Positions 41,681 to 55,189 of a DNA stretch of 64,000 nucleotides are shown one piece after another; position 1 is the first letter of the stretch, and each line of letters begins with the position of its first letter. The DNA is from Macrostomum lignano (Eukaryota). Where the stretch lies: the NCBI GenBank assembly GCA_002269645.1, contig NIVC01001897.1:113979-177978 (forward strand). Reading direction: 5' to 3'. Position numbers and translations under genes: made by a program. Under the pieces are notes generated by a model, which worked only from the letters and a program-made list of their open reading frames with translations, was not told where the DNA came from and searched no databases.

Positions 41681-42559
41681 CTTATAAAAATTGACCATCT
41701 GTCAAAACCAACAAGCACTGGCTCAAACTATTTCAGAGCTAAAACCATTTGCAAAATACTGAGTAGTTTGGGGGGACCCAGCTACTCACTAGACAAGGTA
41801 AACCAAGCTGAAATACACGGAAAAGCAGTCAGTTCTGTTTCCTACAGAGAAAAAATCTATCCCCCACAAGAGCTTCCAGAATCCCAACTGCTTGCATGGT
41901 CCGCGGTCGTGGGGGGACTTTTTTCTTGAAAATGCCTCCGCCAGCGAAACACGCCAGGCAAGCAGAAGCAGGGAGTGCCTCTCAAAAAAAACTTAAATAC
42001 ACCGCCAGCCTCTCCTGCCACATCTCCATCTTTCTCTCTGAGTTGCAGAGTTGTTCAATGCCTTCTCATGAATGAATGAACTCTTCTATATCGTATTAGA
42101 GGCCAGAAACAACTGGCGACTTTGCGAGTGCAAGCGGGCACCAAGGATTGAGAAAATTATTGTTAGAAGAGAAAAATCTATAAAACTGAACCCAAAGCTA
42201 TACTCAGAGAAGCCATCCTGAATCTAAATGAGTCATTGAGTCTACTGTATATACTCTATGCGCAATACATGAAGGCGACAATCTCTGTTTAATATTGTAT
42301 TGTATAAGCTACAATTATTACTCAACCAATGCGTTTTTGTTTATGCGAATTAAGAAATCAGTAGGTAGTAAACTTGTTGCACAAGAAAGTTAGTAGCAAC
42401 TATCAAGATTATTGGCTATTGCGTTAATTGAATGTGCTAATTTCTTCTGCTGAAGAGGGGGAAAGAAAGGAGATGGCAAGGATTGCTTATGGAAAAATTT
42501 TAATTGGATCCACATGAAAACTGAAGAGACTTGCATAGTGCCGCATCAATTCCCAGACT

Positions 42560-43730
42560 TAGCTAAACTGGCGCCCCGTAGCCTAAACTGGCGCCCCTGT
42601 AGCCTAAACTGGCGCCCCGTAGCCTAACCTGGCGCCCCGTAGCCTTACGTGGCGCCCCCATAGCCTAACCTGGCGCCCCGTAGCCTAACCTGGCGCCAAG
42701 TAGCCTAAACTGGCGCCTTGTAGCCTTACGTGGCACCACCACAGCCTAAACTGGCGCCCCGTAGCCTAAACTGGCGCCCCGTAGCCTAAACTGGCGCCCC
42801 GTAGCCTAAACTGGCGCCCCGTAGCCTAAACTGGCGCCCCGTAGCCTTACGTGGCGCCCCCATAGCCTAACCTAGCGCCCCGTAGCCTAACCTGGCGCCA
42901 AGTAGCCTAAACTGGCGCCTTGTAGCCTTACGTGGCACCACCACAGCCTAAACTGGCGCCCCGTAGCCTAAACTGGCGCCCCGTAGCCTTACGTGGCGTC
43001 CCGTAGCCTAAACTGGCGCCCCGTAGCCTAAACTGGCGCCACCATAGCCTAAACTGGCGCCCCGTAGCCTTACGTGGCGCCCCCATAGCCTAACCTGGCG
43101 CCCCGTAGCCTAACCTGGCGCCAAGTAGCCTAAACTGGCGCCTTGTAGCCTTACGTGGCACCACCACAGCCTAAACTGGCGCCCCGTAGCCTAAACTGGC
43201 GCCCCGTAGCCTTACGTGGCGTCCCGTAGCCTAAACTGGCGCCCCGTAGCCTAAACTGGCGCCACCATAGCCGAAACTGGCGCCTCGTAGCCTAACCTGG
43301 CGCCCCGTAGCCTAACCTGGCGCCCCGTAGCCTAAACTGGCGCCCCGTAGCATAACCTGGCACCAAGTAGCCTAAACTGGCGCCCCCATAGCATAAACTG
43401 GCGCCCGTAGCCTAAACTGGCGCCCGTAGCCTTACGTGGCGCCCCCATAGCCTAAACTGGCGCCCCGTAGCCTAACCTGGCGCCCCGTAGCCTAACCTGT
43501 CGCCCCGTAGCCTAACCTGGCGCCCTGTAGTCTAACCTGGCGCCCCGTAGCCTAAACTGGCGCTCCGTAGCCTAAACTGGCGCCCCGTAGCCTAACCTGG
43601 CGCCCCTGTAGCACAAACTTGCGCCTCGTAGCCTAAACTGGCGCCCCTGTAGCCTAAACTGGCGCCCCGTAGCCTAAACTGGCGCCCCTGTAGCCTAATC
43701 TGGCGCCCCGTAGCCTAAACTGGCGCCCCA
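42560..43730. repeat. 20-bp CpG-rich minisatellite (CTGGCGCCCCGTAGCCTAAA)n, array B, with higher-order blocks
   Basis: Direct reading; same unit and orientation as array A. Confidence 0.95.
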
Positions 43731-44119
43731 AGGGTACGTGCTTCATACCCAAACTGCGCAGAGCCCAACCATGCACTGCAATTGGAAAGTGCACTGACTG
43801 ACGGGATTGTGTATACCAGCATTGATTTCGAGACGGTGTCCAAGTACTTATTAGATTACTAAATAGAAGCTTTGAATGAAGCTTTATGGAACATCGAAAC
43901 TCATTAGTCGCCATTGGAACGCTTTTCAAGTTGGATTTTAATGAGATTTATGGTACTCCTATGGAAGATTAGAAAAGTTGAGAACAATTATTGCTGTTTA
44001 ATCAGAATAACAAATGGGCGAAATGCTTGAGGAAGAATGTACATAAAGTCAGAACTTTGGGTGGAATAAAAGATAGATCAAGGAACCATATGGACGTCAG
44101 ATGAGAAATAAGAAGACAA

Positions 44120-44830
44120 AAGGAAATGGGGAGAAAGAGAGAGAAAGCGAGGGAGAGGTGGAGAGAGCGTGAGAGGGAGAGAGGGAGAGACGGTGAGAGG
44201 GTGAGAGGGAGAGAGGGAGAGAGGGAGAGAGGGAGAGAGGGAGAGAGGGAAAGAGGGAAAGAGGTAGAGAAGGAGAGAGGGAGAGAGGGAGAGAGGGAGA
44301 GAAGGAGAGAGGGAGAGAGGGAGAGAGGGAGAGAAGGAGAGAGGGAGAGAGGGAGAGAGGGAGAGAGGGAGAGAGGGAGAGAGGGAGAGAGGGAGAGAGG
44401 GAGAGAAGGAGAGAGGGAGAGAGGGAGAGAGGGAGAGAGGGAGAGAGGGAGAGAGGGAGAGAGGGAGAGAGGGAGAGAGGGAGAGAGGGAGAGAGGGAGA
44501 GAGGGAGAGAGGGAGATATGATGAGAGGGTAAGAGGTGGAGAGGGAGAGATGGTGAGATGGATAGAAAGTGAGAGGAAGAGAAGTTAAGAGAAAGAAAAG
44601 GTGAGAGGGAGAGAAGGTGAGAGGGAGAGAAGGTGAGAGGGAGAGAAGGTGAGAGGGAGAAAGAGATGGTGAAAGAGAGGGAGAAAGATTTAGAGAAGGT
44701 GAGATGGTGAGAGGGTGAGGATGAGGGTGAGATGGTGCGAGGATGAGAGGGAGAGAGGCTGAGAGGGTGAGAGATGGAGAGAGTACATAGAGAAGGCCAG
44801 AGAGAGGGGTTGAGACGGAGAGCGCAGAGA
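44120..44830. repeat. GA-rich tract with a (GAGAGAGG)n core
   Basis: Direct reading. Confidence 0.92.
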
Positions 44831-45674
44831 TGCAACAGAGAACGGGACAGAGAAGCAGAGCTGATGAGGCGGTGAAACAGTAGGAGACACTGTCTAAACA
44901 CAGTAACCCACTGAAACAACTTGCCGTGGAATATAATTGAGTAGAAATGCTTTGAATTCAGTCCAAAACCCATCGCCGAAAGCGGAGAAGATGCGAGAAG
45001 AACCACCCACAAGAACAGCACGGATGTCTCTTCCGCTCAAACACAGATTCTCAATCGAAAAAGACAGAAGCAAATACATGCAGCAAAAGCAGCTCAAACA
45101 GCAAGGTGCGAAAACATCAGCTCCTCGCCGATGGGGAAAAATGGAGCAATTTTTGTCCGGCAGTGTTTGAGCACCTGCTCAGCTGCCCTGGCTGCTAGGA
45201 GCAGATAAAACAGCAATCCGTGAGCAGCATGAAATTCACCCACAAAAAGATTGCTGGAACAATATTTTTCTAATTTTGTTAACTATCAGTGCAGCGAACG
45301 GATATTGACGTGGACGGGAAACTAACTGTGCCAGAAGTGCTTTGGTCTCCCATCTAGAACATGTCACGCAAAGGCAGCTTCGTATTAGCTTAGAACAGAA
45401 CTAAAACTCGAACAGCTACTAAAACTCGAATGAAATTGGATCCAGTGAGCCGTGCACAATCGCTTGCCGGCTGTCATATCTGCTTTTTCTAAGCATCGAA
45501 TTATAATTTCATTTGCGCGATAGGACAAGCTTTTTTTGTGGCTTGAGTAGCTTTTGAGCACTAGAAGGGATTATGATTTATTCGAGCTGTTTCTGGTTTT
45601 CCCGGAAGTATTAAAGCTTCCGCACAAAGTGCTCTGACAGGAAGTAGAATTTTAACTGAGAGAAGAGAAGGTTC

Positions 45675-46135
45675 TATCTCTCCCGGTTCTATCTGTCCCT
45701 GTTCTATCTCTCTCAGTTCTATCCCTTCTCCGGGTTCTATCTCTCTCCAGGTTCTTTCTTTCTCAGTTCTATCTCTCCGAGTTCTATGTTTCCCTGTTCT
45801 ATCTCTCCGAGTTGTATGTTTCCCTGTTCTTTCTCTCCGAGTTCTATGTTTCCCTGTTCTATCTCTCCGAGTTCTATGTTTCCCTGTTCTATCTCTTACG
45901 GTTCTATCTCTCCCGGTTATATCCTTCCTGGTTCTATCTCTCCCGGTTCTATCTCTCCCGGTTCTATCTCTCCCGGTTCTATCTCTCGCCGGGTTCTATC
46001 TCTCCCGGTTCTATCTCTCGCCGGGTTCTATCTCTCCCGGTTCTATCTCTCGCCGGGTTCTATCTCTCACGGTTCTATCTCTCGCCGGGTTATATCTCTC
46101 CGGGTTCAATCTCTCAGAGTTCTATCTCACTGAGT
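45675..46135. repeat. 15-bp-based minisatellite (TTCTATCTCTCCCGG)n
   Basis: Direct reading. Confidence 0.9.
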
Positions 46136-47139
46136 TCTACAAGTACACATTAATATTTAGTTTCTATCTCCATTCTATTTCTCTTACCCTCATTCTTTTC
46201 CACCTGTTCCGTATCGACTTCGTATCTTTCTTATCCCATTTGCGATATAATTAATTCCAGTATAGCATTAGAAACTCTTCATCAACAAATAATGAATAAC
46301 AGCAATGTTGAGCTGCCTTAAGTGCCCTGGGACACCGGCCCAGATGCTACTAACTTGCATTAAAGTTCTATATAAAACCCTTTAGCTACATCTACATGAT
46401 AGTAAAATAGGATTCTAACATGGGGATTTGAGGCGAATGCTGTTTCGGGGGGATACAAAGACACGCGACAAACCGCTCTCCCCACCCCTAGAAGCAGCAA
46501 GCAGAAATGCCTGGCACGCTATCTCAGCCATCCCCATTTCCTTCTCTATCTATCTATCTATATTTTTTCCTCAATTTTTTCTCCACCGGCATCACTTCGG
46601 GCCATTTCGGTAGGGGTGGGGTGGGGATAAATCTTTCAATATTGATTGTTGGCCGATGCATGGCTGCTTCCCAGGCAGACTTATAGCTTCAGCCGAAAGA
46701 AGAAGATCCGACTGCTGAAGAGAATTAACAACTAGCATAGCAAATAAAAAAGTGGACCTTCAAGGCATGCTGAGACACGAGCAGCAACTGTGCATCCGGG
46801 ATCGCTTCGCTTTTCGATTTATCGACAAGAGAAAAGCGACAAGATTATTAGCCGTAGACTTCGCGCTCAATAAAGCCGTTCTATCATTTCTTCAACTTGA
46901 TTTAATCCATGCATCGCCAAGAAGAATCAGCTTAGGGAATTGCCAACCCTCGACTGGCACAGAGTGTACATGCCTGAAGATTGGAAAGTCAACCTAAGGT
47001 GTTGCGTCAGTGTGCGCACAGACCTCCTGCAATTATCATCAGATTGCCAAAAAACACTCCAAGCTCCAATAAAGTCATTCCTCACGCATTAAGGTGTTTG
47101 CTGAGATTTTTAAGAACAACTTTGGCTATTTTAGAACAA

Positions 47140-47392
47140 CTTTGGCTTGGTGCCATCTGACCGTCATGTTTTGGTGCCAACTGACCGTCAAGTTTTGGTG
47201 TCAACTGACCGTCAAGTTTTGGTGCCAACTGACAGTCATGATTTGGCGCCATCTGACACTCATGGTTTGGCGCCAACTGACGCTCATGATTCGGCGCCAA
47301 CTGACAGTCAGATTTTGGCGCCAACTAACAATAATGATTTAGCGCCAAATGACTGTCATGGTTTGGCGCCAACTGACTAATGATTTGGCGCC
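47140..47392. repeat. 24-bp minisatellite (TTTGGCGCCAACTGAC...)n
   Basis: Direct reading. Confidence 0.88.
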
Positions 47393-48039
47393 ATGCATAT
47401 CACAGTCATCAGTTTGCTCCTTCATCAGGAAATACGCACTACACTAATTAAAAAGCTAACTTTTGTTACTAACGTGACTTTCAGTAATATTTTTGTTTCA
47501 ATTGAAAATCCACATGAAAAACCTCATTCTAATTATGAGGCTTCGAACCCGAGTTGCGGAAGTTCAGCAGCAGATTTTTACTGGCTTCAGTTTCAACAAA
47601 TCAACTGTTCTGATTATAAAAAAGAATAATGCACTAAAAAATCTGGTTTACTGAGTCACCACTTCCCATAAGGATCTCATTTAACATTCACGCAACATAC
47701 GGCCAAGTTTACAATCCGTGAATCAATAGTTTTTTTGCTCTAGCGATTTTTTTAAGCAGAAATTAAAATGAAACAAGAGAGTATCATCACTAAAAGAAAG
47801 TTTTTTCACAGTTCAAGAGGGAAACAAGCACAAGAGGGGGTAATGGCAAAGTTGAAGAGGCCGAAAACCCGTGAGAACAATCGGGTGCCTCGTTGCATGT
47901 ACCTAGCAAGACTGATGATTAATTGAGAATTTTATTGAACTCAAACAACAGACTTGAAGCATTCTACAAGTGCCCCTAAAAGCACCTTTATTGGGCGGCC
48001 ACAAAAAAGCTGCTAAGGTGTCACGCCTTTCAAAATCGC

Positions 48040-48305
48040 CCTTAAAATCGCCCCTGGAATCGCCACTAGAATTGCCCTTAAGTCGCCCCTTAAATTGACT
48101 TAAGAATCGCCTATTAGAATCGCCCCTAGAATCGCCCCTAGAATCACTCCTAGAATCACTCCTAGAATCACTCCTAGAATCACTCCTAGAATCACCCCTA
48201 GAATCCCCCCTAGAATCGCCCCTAGAATCGCCCCTAGAATCACCCCTAGAATCACTCCTAGAATCACCCCTAGAATCGCCCCTAGAATCACTTTTAGAAT
48301 CACTC
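48040..48305. repeat. 12-bp minisatellite (CTAGAATCGCCC)n
   Basis: Direct reading. Confidence 0.9.
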
Positions 48306-49869
48306 AAGAACGATCCTAAACGCTTCTGGATGAGCTTGTCGCAGAATACTAAAAAACCTGCAGATCTAACAGCAGAAAGAAGCATCTCTTCACAGACTTT
48401 GAGTCTCTAGCCAAATAGTGAAAAAAGATGAAGACACGCTGTCGAGATTCTGTTAGGGAAACTTTTTTAATTCTCGTTCTAAAGCTTGCGGACGCGAGAG
48501 AGGGGGTGGAGCAAGTGTGTTTTGGGTAGCTAAGACGGTACTCACTGCACCGTGTACCGCCACACACGCAAGGCATGAGAGGAGGATCTTGGCTCCCAAA
48601 GCTGAAGTAGGATTACGCAATCGAGAGAACTCCCATCTCCTCAAGCATCTTCACCGGTCATGCTGTCCTCAAAGCTCCAGAGGCTGTTAGGAAGCCTTTC
48701 TAGGAAAGGGTATGCTGCATCCACTCCCCTCTAGTTAGCTCCTCGTGCTTCTTTCTGGTCTTCTCTTGTTTAATAAGAAAAAAGTGAAGCAGGAACTCGT
48801 GTTTTTTCGGCTATAGCCTTCTCATCGCATCTTTATACTGCCGCTGTAGATATAATATCTAGAGATCAAACTCTCCATGACCTTCGATTCACGCAACTTT
48901 CTTTCAGGTCGATAGAGAGAGGCGATTGGACTCAATTTAGAGGTTTGATTCTACTTTGATAATGTATGCCTCTCACCCAACAACTTAGCACTGGACCGTC
49001 GGGATATGAGATCCCGACTCTCCTTTCTCTAAAAAAATCTATAAAAAAGACTTAACCATGCGTAGTGTACGTCACCGCAGGGAGCGGTGACTCATCGACA
49101 CTGCGCGGGGCATCTTCGCTTGTCAAATGCGCTGGTGAAGGTAAACGTGTTTGAGCTGAGCAGATAATGTCTTTAGTCAAGTCCGTTTCCGATGCGCTAA
49201 TGAGTAGAGAGTTGAGCCATAGACTAAATTTCAGGAGAAGGTGACAAATGCCCCTAAGTCTCTGCACCATAGACTATGGAAAATTCGAGACGAAGCTGTT
49301 TGAACATTCATGTCGGGAAGGTGCACTAGCCTTCAAAATAAAATCAAAAAACTCATAGCAGAATTATTTATGAGAAACCGAAAGTGCATCAGAGAACAAT
49401 TAGAGCATTCGGAATGAGTTCGGGAGGGGGGGTCAGTTTTCTCTTCCCGGTAAAGCGGATGCCCGTATGGGATGAGCGAAGCCTTCTTAACACCGCTGCA
49501 GCTCACACTACTCTCTCTCTCTCTCGGCCACTGGCATCCCGTAAATCTTAGCTTAACTAAGAAGAGAGGATTCTCTTCTTCTCTTTCTCCTAGAAGAAGC
49601 CTAGCGGCATTTCCTGAGTCGTCGCCCATTTCCCCCATCGGCAGTCCATCTCAAAAGCAGCAGCAGCAGCAGCGATTATCGCGCTTCGAAGGTTCTCGAA
49701 AAGATGAGGCGCGGAGGCTTATGAGGAGTTGTCCAACGCATGCGGGCATCGGATAGGCTGGTCATGCAGGTGGATTCGAAGAAAAAATTAATTATTTCCT
49801 TTTTGACACGTTCCCTCTTGCGAACTGACACCGTTTTGGGACTGGCTAGTTTTCTTTAGTAATTGATGA

Positions 49870-50250
49870 CGGTAGAGAGAGGCTGAGGATGAGATAGTGA
49901 TGCTGTGAGGAGGTTGTGAGAGGGAGAGAGAGAGGAGTGAGAGGGAGAGAGAGGAGTGAGAGGGAGAGAGAGAGGAGTGAGAGGGAGAGAGAGAGGAGTG
50001 AGAGGGAGAGTGAGAGAGAGAGGAGTGAGAGGGAGAGTGAGAGAAGGATAGAGGGAGAGACGAGGGTCAGAGGGAGAGAGTAGTGTGAGAGGGAGAGTAG
50101 GGTGAGAGGGAGAGTAGGGTGAGAGGGAGAGTAGGGTGAGAGGGAGAGAGGAGGTTGAGAGGGAGAGAGTAGTGTGAGAGGGAGAGTAGGGTGAGTTGGG
50201 GAGAGTAGGGTGAGGGAGAGAGTAGTGTGAGAGGGAGAGATAGGGGAAGA
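49870..50250. repeat. GA-rich low-complexity tract
   Basis: Direct reading. Confidence 0.9.
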
Positions 50251-50999
50251 GAAATAAGGTAAATTTTAATCCATTTCGAGGCCCCAGAATCTTAATAGAG
50301 CAGTGAGAGCGAATAATACAATGAAAATAATACTTCCTGATTTCGCCATTCACGCTACAGATTTTCAAGTTTTGAGGAAAGAAATGCTCACGCACAATGA
50401 TCCTCTCATGGGAAGAATTTATTGGGGATAAAAATAGTTTTTTGCCTAAAGATCGATGATGAATAATAAGCTTTGAGAAGGCCAGTGACTTGACTAAGTC
50501 TTGCGATTTCACTTCTTTTTTTAACGTAAAAAACTCAAAGCGGAAGGAAGTGAGCTTAACTCTTTTTAACCCCCCCCCCCACTGCCGCTCTGCACTCTCG
50601 GCCAACTTCCCCGCGCCGGTTTTCTGGGGATCTGGGCAAAGAGCGGAGAGGGGAGTGAAGGGATTACGCAATCATTATAGGAGAAGTTCTATCCAGATTG
50701 CTGCTCAACTCAATCCGTTGCGACTCTCCATCTGTTGAGTCAAACTTGTACAGGAACAGGGTACACAATGATGGACCAAGGACTTCTACTGGTGCATGGA
50801 CTGGGACGCAAGTCCTAACTGTGTCATTTTACGCGCAAGATACGCTGCAAAATTGCTGAAAAGTTATTTTGAAGGTCTAACTTTAATCTTAGGCATTTGA
50901 TTAGGTAGTAATAGGTAATAATAAGAGATTTAGTATATTTTGATTAGTTGTCAAATTTAAGGTAATAACTAGCGTAGCTATGAAGTTAAAGCAGATAGC

Positions 51000-51300
51000 G
51001 AGTGAAGAGAGAGGAGTGACAGGAGAGTGACAGGAGAGTGACATGAGAGTGACAGGAGAGTGACATGAGAGTGACAGGAGAGTGACAAGAGAGTGACAAG
51101 AGAGAGTGACAGGAGAGTGACGGGAGAGTGACAGGAGAGAGTCACAGGAGAGTGACGGGAGAGTGACAAGAGTGACAGGAGAGTGAGGGGAGATTTACAG
51201 GAGATTGATATGAGAGTGACAGGAGATTAACACGAGAGCGACAGAAGAGTGACGGGGAACTAACAGGAGAGTGAGAGAGGAGAGACAGAGTGTGAGAAAG
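51000..51300. repeat. 11-bp minisatellite (GAGAGTGACAG)n
   Basis: Direct reading. Confidence 0.88.
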
Positions 51301-52089
51301 GGAGTGGTAGGAGCAGTTGATGCATCAAGTGTTTGAGATTTCAGTTTCAGGAAGGGGTTTCCAGTCCAAGTGTATACCATACCCACTTCCCACGGAGAAG
51401 TCCCTGAAAAGATTGGCAAGGCCAAGTAGAATTTTTTAAAAAGGAAGCCACTTAATTTAGAGCAAATCTTACCAATTGTGGAGTTGCTCAAAGCTCCAGC
51501 TGCTCAGATCTTGAGCTATAGGTGGTATGAAGAGAATTATAAACTGTCAATCAGATCCAACTCTTCAATGTCAAAGCAGGTATAACTAATATACTAACAG
51601 CTTAAAAGGTATTTTCTATTAATTTTATCAATTGGTTTCGTTTAAGCTGCGGCACCTTGAAGTCTGCAAATGAAATAAAGGGTTTTAAGAACGTTTTTCG
51701 CACCTTTTCTAAACACCCCCCCTTGCACACCGCACCCTGCCTCACAACAGAAGGGCAGACGATGCATTATATCACTGCGGAATAGTCATCAATTTGTCGA
51801 GCCATTTCTTAGAAACTTTCGCAGTTCAAGCGTAGCGCAGAGGGGTTTGGCGAGGTGCTAATTCAGTTAGCAGACTGAAATTTTCTAAAGCTGCTTCTTT
51901 CTCTTTGTGAAGATATAATAACGGATTTTCGCACCTTTTTGAAACTGCGTTTATAAGGCCGATATGTGCTTGTCGGTTGGTGCTTTGAAAGTTGAGGGGT
52001 GGGAGGGGGTTGCGAGATAGAGGTACCGGATTGCTCTGAATAAGCGCGTAATTTCAGTTGAATGATAAGATGACAATGACAATGTGTTA

Positions 52090-53260
52090 GAGTTGGAGTG
52101 ACAGTTTGCGAGTGACAGAGTGCAAGAGACGGAGTGAGAGGGTGAGTGACAGAGTGCAAGAGACGGAGTGAGAGAGGCTGAGTGACGGAGTGCAAGAGAC
52201 GGAGTGAGAGAGGGTGAGTGACAGAGTGCAAGAGACGGAGTGAGAGAGGCTGAGTGACGGAGTGAAAGAGACGGAGTGAGAGGAGAGTGACAGAATGCGA
52301 GAGACGGAGTGAGAGGAGAGTGACAGAGTGAAAGAGACGGAGTGATAGGGAGAGTGACAGAGTGCGAGAGACGGAGTGAGAGAGGGTGAGTGACAGAGTG
52401 CAAGAGACGGAGTGAGAGAGGGTGAGTGACAGAGTGCAAGAGACGGAGTGAGAGAGGCTGAGTGACGGAGTGAAAGAGACGGAGTGAGAGGAGAGTGACA
52501 GAATGCGAGAGACGGAGTGAGAGGAGAGTGACAGAGTGAAAGAGACGGAGTGAGAGAGGGTGAGTGACAGAGTGCGAGAGACGGAGTGAGAGAGGGTGAG
52601 TGACAGAGTGCAAGAGACGGAGTGAGAGAGGGTGAGTGACAGAGTGCGAGAGACGGAGTGAGAGAGGGTGAGTGACAGAGTGCAAGAGACGGAGTGAGAG
52701 AGGCTGAGTGACGGAGTGAAAGAGACGGAGTGAGAGGAGAGTGACAGAATGCGAGAGACGGAGTGAGAGGAGAGTGACAGAGTGAAAGAGACGGAGTGAT
52801 AGGGAGAGTGACAGAGTGCGAGAGACGGAGTGAGAGAGGGTGAGTGACAGAGTGCAAGAGACGGAGTGAGAGAGGGTGAGTGACAGAGTGCAAGAGACGG
52901 AGTGAGAGAGGGTGAGTGACAGAGTGCGAGAGACGGAGTGAGAGAGGGTGAGTGACAGAGTGCAAGAGACGGAGTGAGAGAGGCTGAGTGACGGAGTGAA
53001 AGAGACGGAGTGAGAGGAGAGTGACAGAATGCGAGAGACGGAGTGAGAGGAGAGTGACAGAGTGAAAGAGACGGAGTGATAGGGAGAGTGACAGAGTGCG
53101 AGAGATGGAGTGAGAGGAGAGTGACAGAGTGAAAAAGACGGAGTGATAAGGAGAGTGACAGAGTGCGAGAGACGGAGTGAGAGGAGAGTGACAGAGTGCG
53201 AGAGACGGAGTGAGAGGAGAGTGACAGAGTGCGAGAAACGGAGTGAGAGGAGAGTGCTAT
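52090..53260. repeat. 33/36-bp minisatellite (GAGTGACAGAGTGCGAGAGACGGAGTGAGAGAGGGT)n with higher-order structure
   Basis: Direct reading. Confidence 0.95.
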
Positions 53261-53889
53261 GGTCCGAGATTTTTTCTTTTGAGAGTCACATCGATTTGGG
53301 AAAGGCGTTTACTCGGGTCGAATTCAAACGGGAACTCGTCTCTAGAGTGGAGGTCATAACCTCATGCCCTCCAGAAGGCTGAGTTTCTACCCATAAAAGA
53401 GAAGGAAGTGTGAGAGATTAAGAGTCAGGAGTGAGAATCAGGAAGTGTGATGAGCACCATGGAGATCAGGTACTCTTTTCTTTTGGCAATAAATAATTGT
53501 AGAACAGCAGTGTGACAAATGGCAGCGTACGCTCCACCCTCTTAATGACAATTGATTTACAGTCGTACACAATATAGCTAATTTACGATTAACATGTATT
53601 GGTCCACTCACGCAAAAGCCAATTGATTGTAACACCTAAGCCTAATTGCAACCTTTGACCTTAAGGATTTGGCATAGGGTGACTGATGCGGTTACCAGCG
53701 CTTCGGTTCCGGTGTGTGAGGCAAAATATTTTCTAGGTAAATTTGTAATTGGCACTTAATTAAGGTACCATCTGCTTTGCATTTGTCGTTTTTCACCTCA
53801 GGGTTTGTTTGTTACCTGAATTTACCTACTTGTAAAATTCTGCCCTCAATATGTGTTCACATGGCTCTTACTGGTAGTTAGGGCTCTAA

Positions 53890-54420
53890 TGGAGATCTCA
53901 CTTCAGTCTCATTGAGATCTCACTTCAGTCTCATTGAAATCTTACTTCAATCTCATTGAGATCTCACTTCAATCTCATTGAGATCGCAATTCAGTGTCAT
54001 TGAGATCGCACCTCAGTCTCATTGGGATCACACTTTAGTCTAATTTAGGATCTCTGTTCAATCTCTTTTATATTCCACTTCAATCTCACTTCAATCTCAT
54101 TGAGATCTCAATTCAATCTCATTGAGATCTCAATTCAATCTCATTGAGATCTCACTTCAATCTCATTGAGATCTCACTTCAATCTCATTGAGATCTCACT
54201 TCAATCTCATTGAGATCTCACTTCAATCTCATTGAGATCTCACTTCAATCTCATTGAGATCGCAATTCAGTCCCATTGAGATCGCACCTCAGTCTCATTG
54301 AGATCTCACTTCAATCTCATTGGGATCACACTTTAGTCTAATTTAGGATCTCTCTTCAATCTATTTTATATCTCACTTCAATCTCATTGAAATCTGATTG
54401 ATATCTCGCTGAAATTTTGA
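53890..54420. repeat. 22-bp minisatellite (TCATTGAGATCTCACTTCAATC)n with an internal palindrome
   Basis: Direct reading. Confidence 0.92.
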
Positions 54421-55189
54421 TCTTATCTCACAGCTTACATCTCAACTTCGATTTAGATAATAAGAAATGAATATATATACATATGTTGATATACATACAC
54501 TGTGAAAGGTCACCAGGTCTTTCAAACCTCAGCGTAAGAATTAAGTTAGTCCAGGTGGGCGATTAGAGGTGCGAAACTGCGAAATGGGGATTTTGTTACC
54601 CGGGTGAAATGAGGAACAAAACTGGAACTGGCTGGATGACGGAGTGATGAGGATAATGCTGCGATTGTGGAAGCTGCACGCGTGGAATGCAAAACCGCAA
54701 CAACTGAAATGACGCAACTTCTGTCTCGTAGAGTTTCGAGTGCCAGCTGAGGGTCATGCCGACACAAGTCAGTTGCTTCATCATCATCTGCAGGAGGTCA
54801 TCGAGGGATGAAGCCTATAGGTTAAAGTCTAGTTGGGCAGTCAGCATTACCTTGCTTTGGCATTTCTTTCTTTTCAAACGTGACCCATAAAAAGAATTTT
54901 TTTGTTTCAAGTGGTTCGAGATTCGGACAGAACGGACAGATTTCGATGTTGGCTCGTCAAATTTGACGAAAACTTGTCGAGTAGTTCGCGGTGTCACAGC
55001 CAGATTGTTTCTGAGGACAAGCAGCACAAACTAAACGAAGCAGAACATTGTTTCAGAACAGTTTCTTCTGGTGTAGTTCTTCAACATAAAGGAATTTTTC
55101 GATTTTGGAAACTATAAAAGCAACGTCCATGGTTCTGTTGAAGTTGGCGTGTTTTGGTAGCAAAATACTCGTAATGCAGTTTTGGAGTA

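Noticed and set aside
41130-43730. Telomere-like CCTAAA/CCTAAC motifs
   Set aside because: One motif per 20-bp unit, not tandem telomeric repeats.
44937-45170. 77-aa ORF with a possible CAAG|GTGCGA donor
   Set aside because: No homology recognised, and the phase does not match the nearby acceptor at 49593.
47903-48385. ORF with many RGDS integrin-binding motifs
   Set aside because: Translation of a 12-bp minisatellite; no signal peptide, splice sites or coding-like flanks.
49074-49100. GTCACCGC-AGGGA-GCGGTGAC hairpin as a Helitron 3' end
   Set aside because: No CTRR terminus at the expected distance on either strand and no 5' TC end or Rep/helicase remnant seen.
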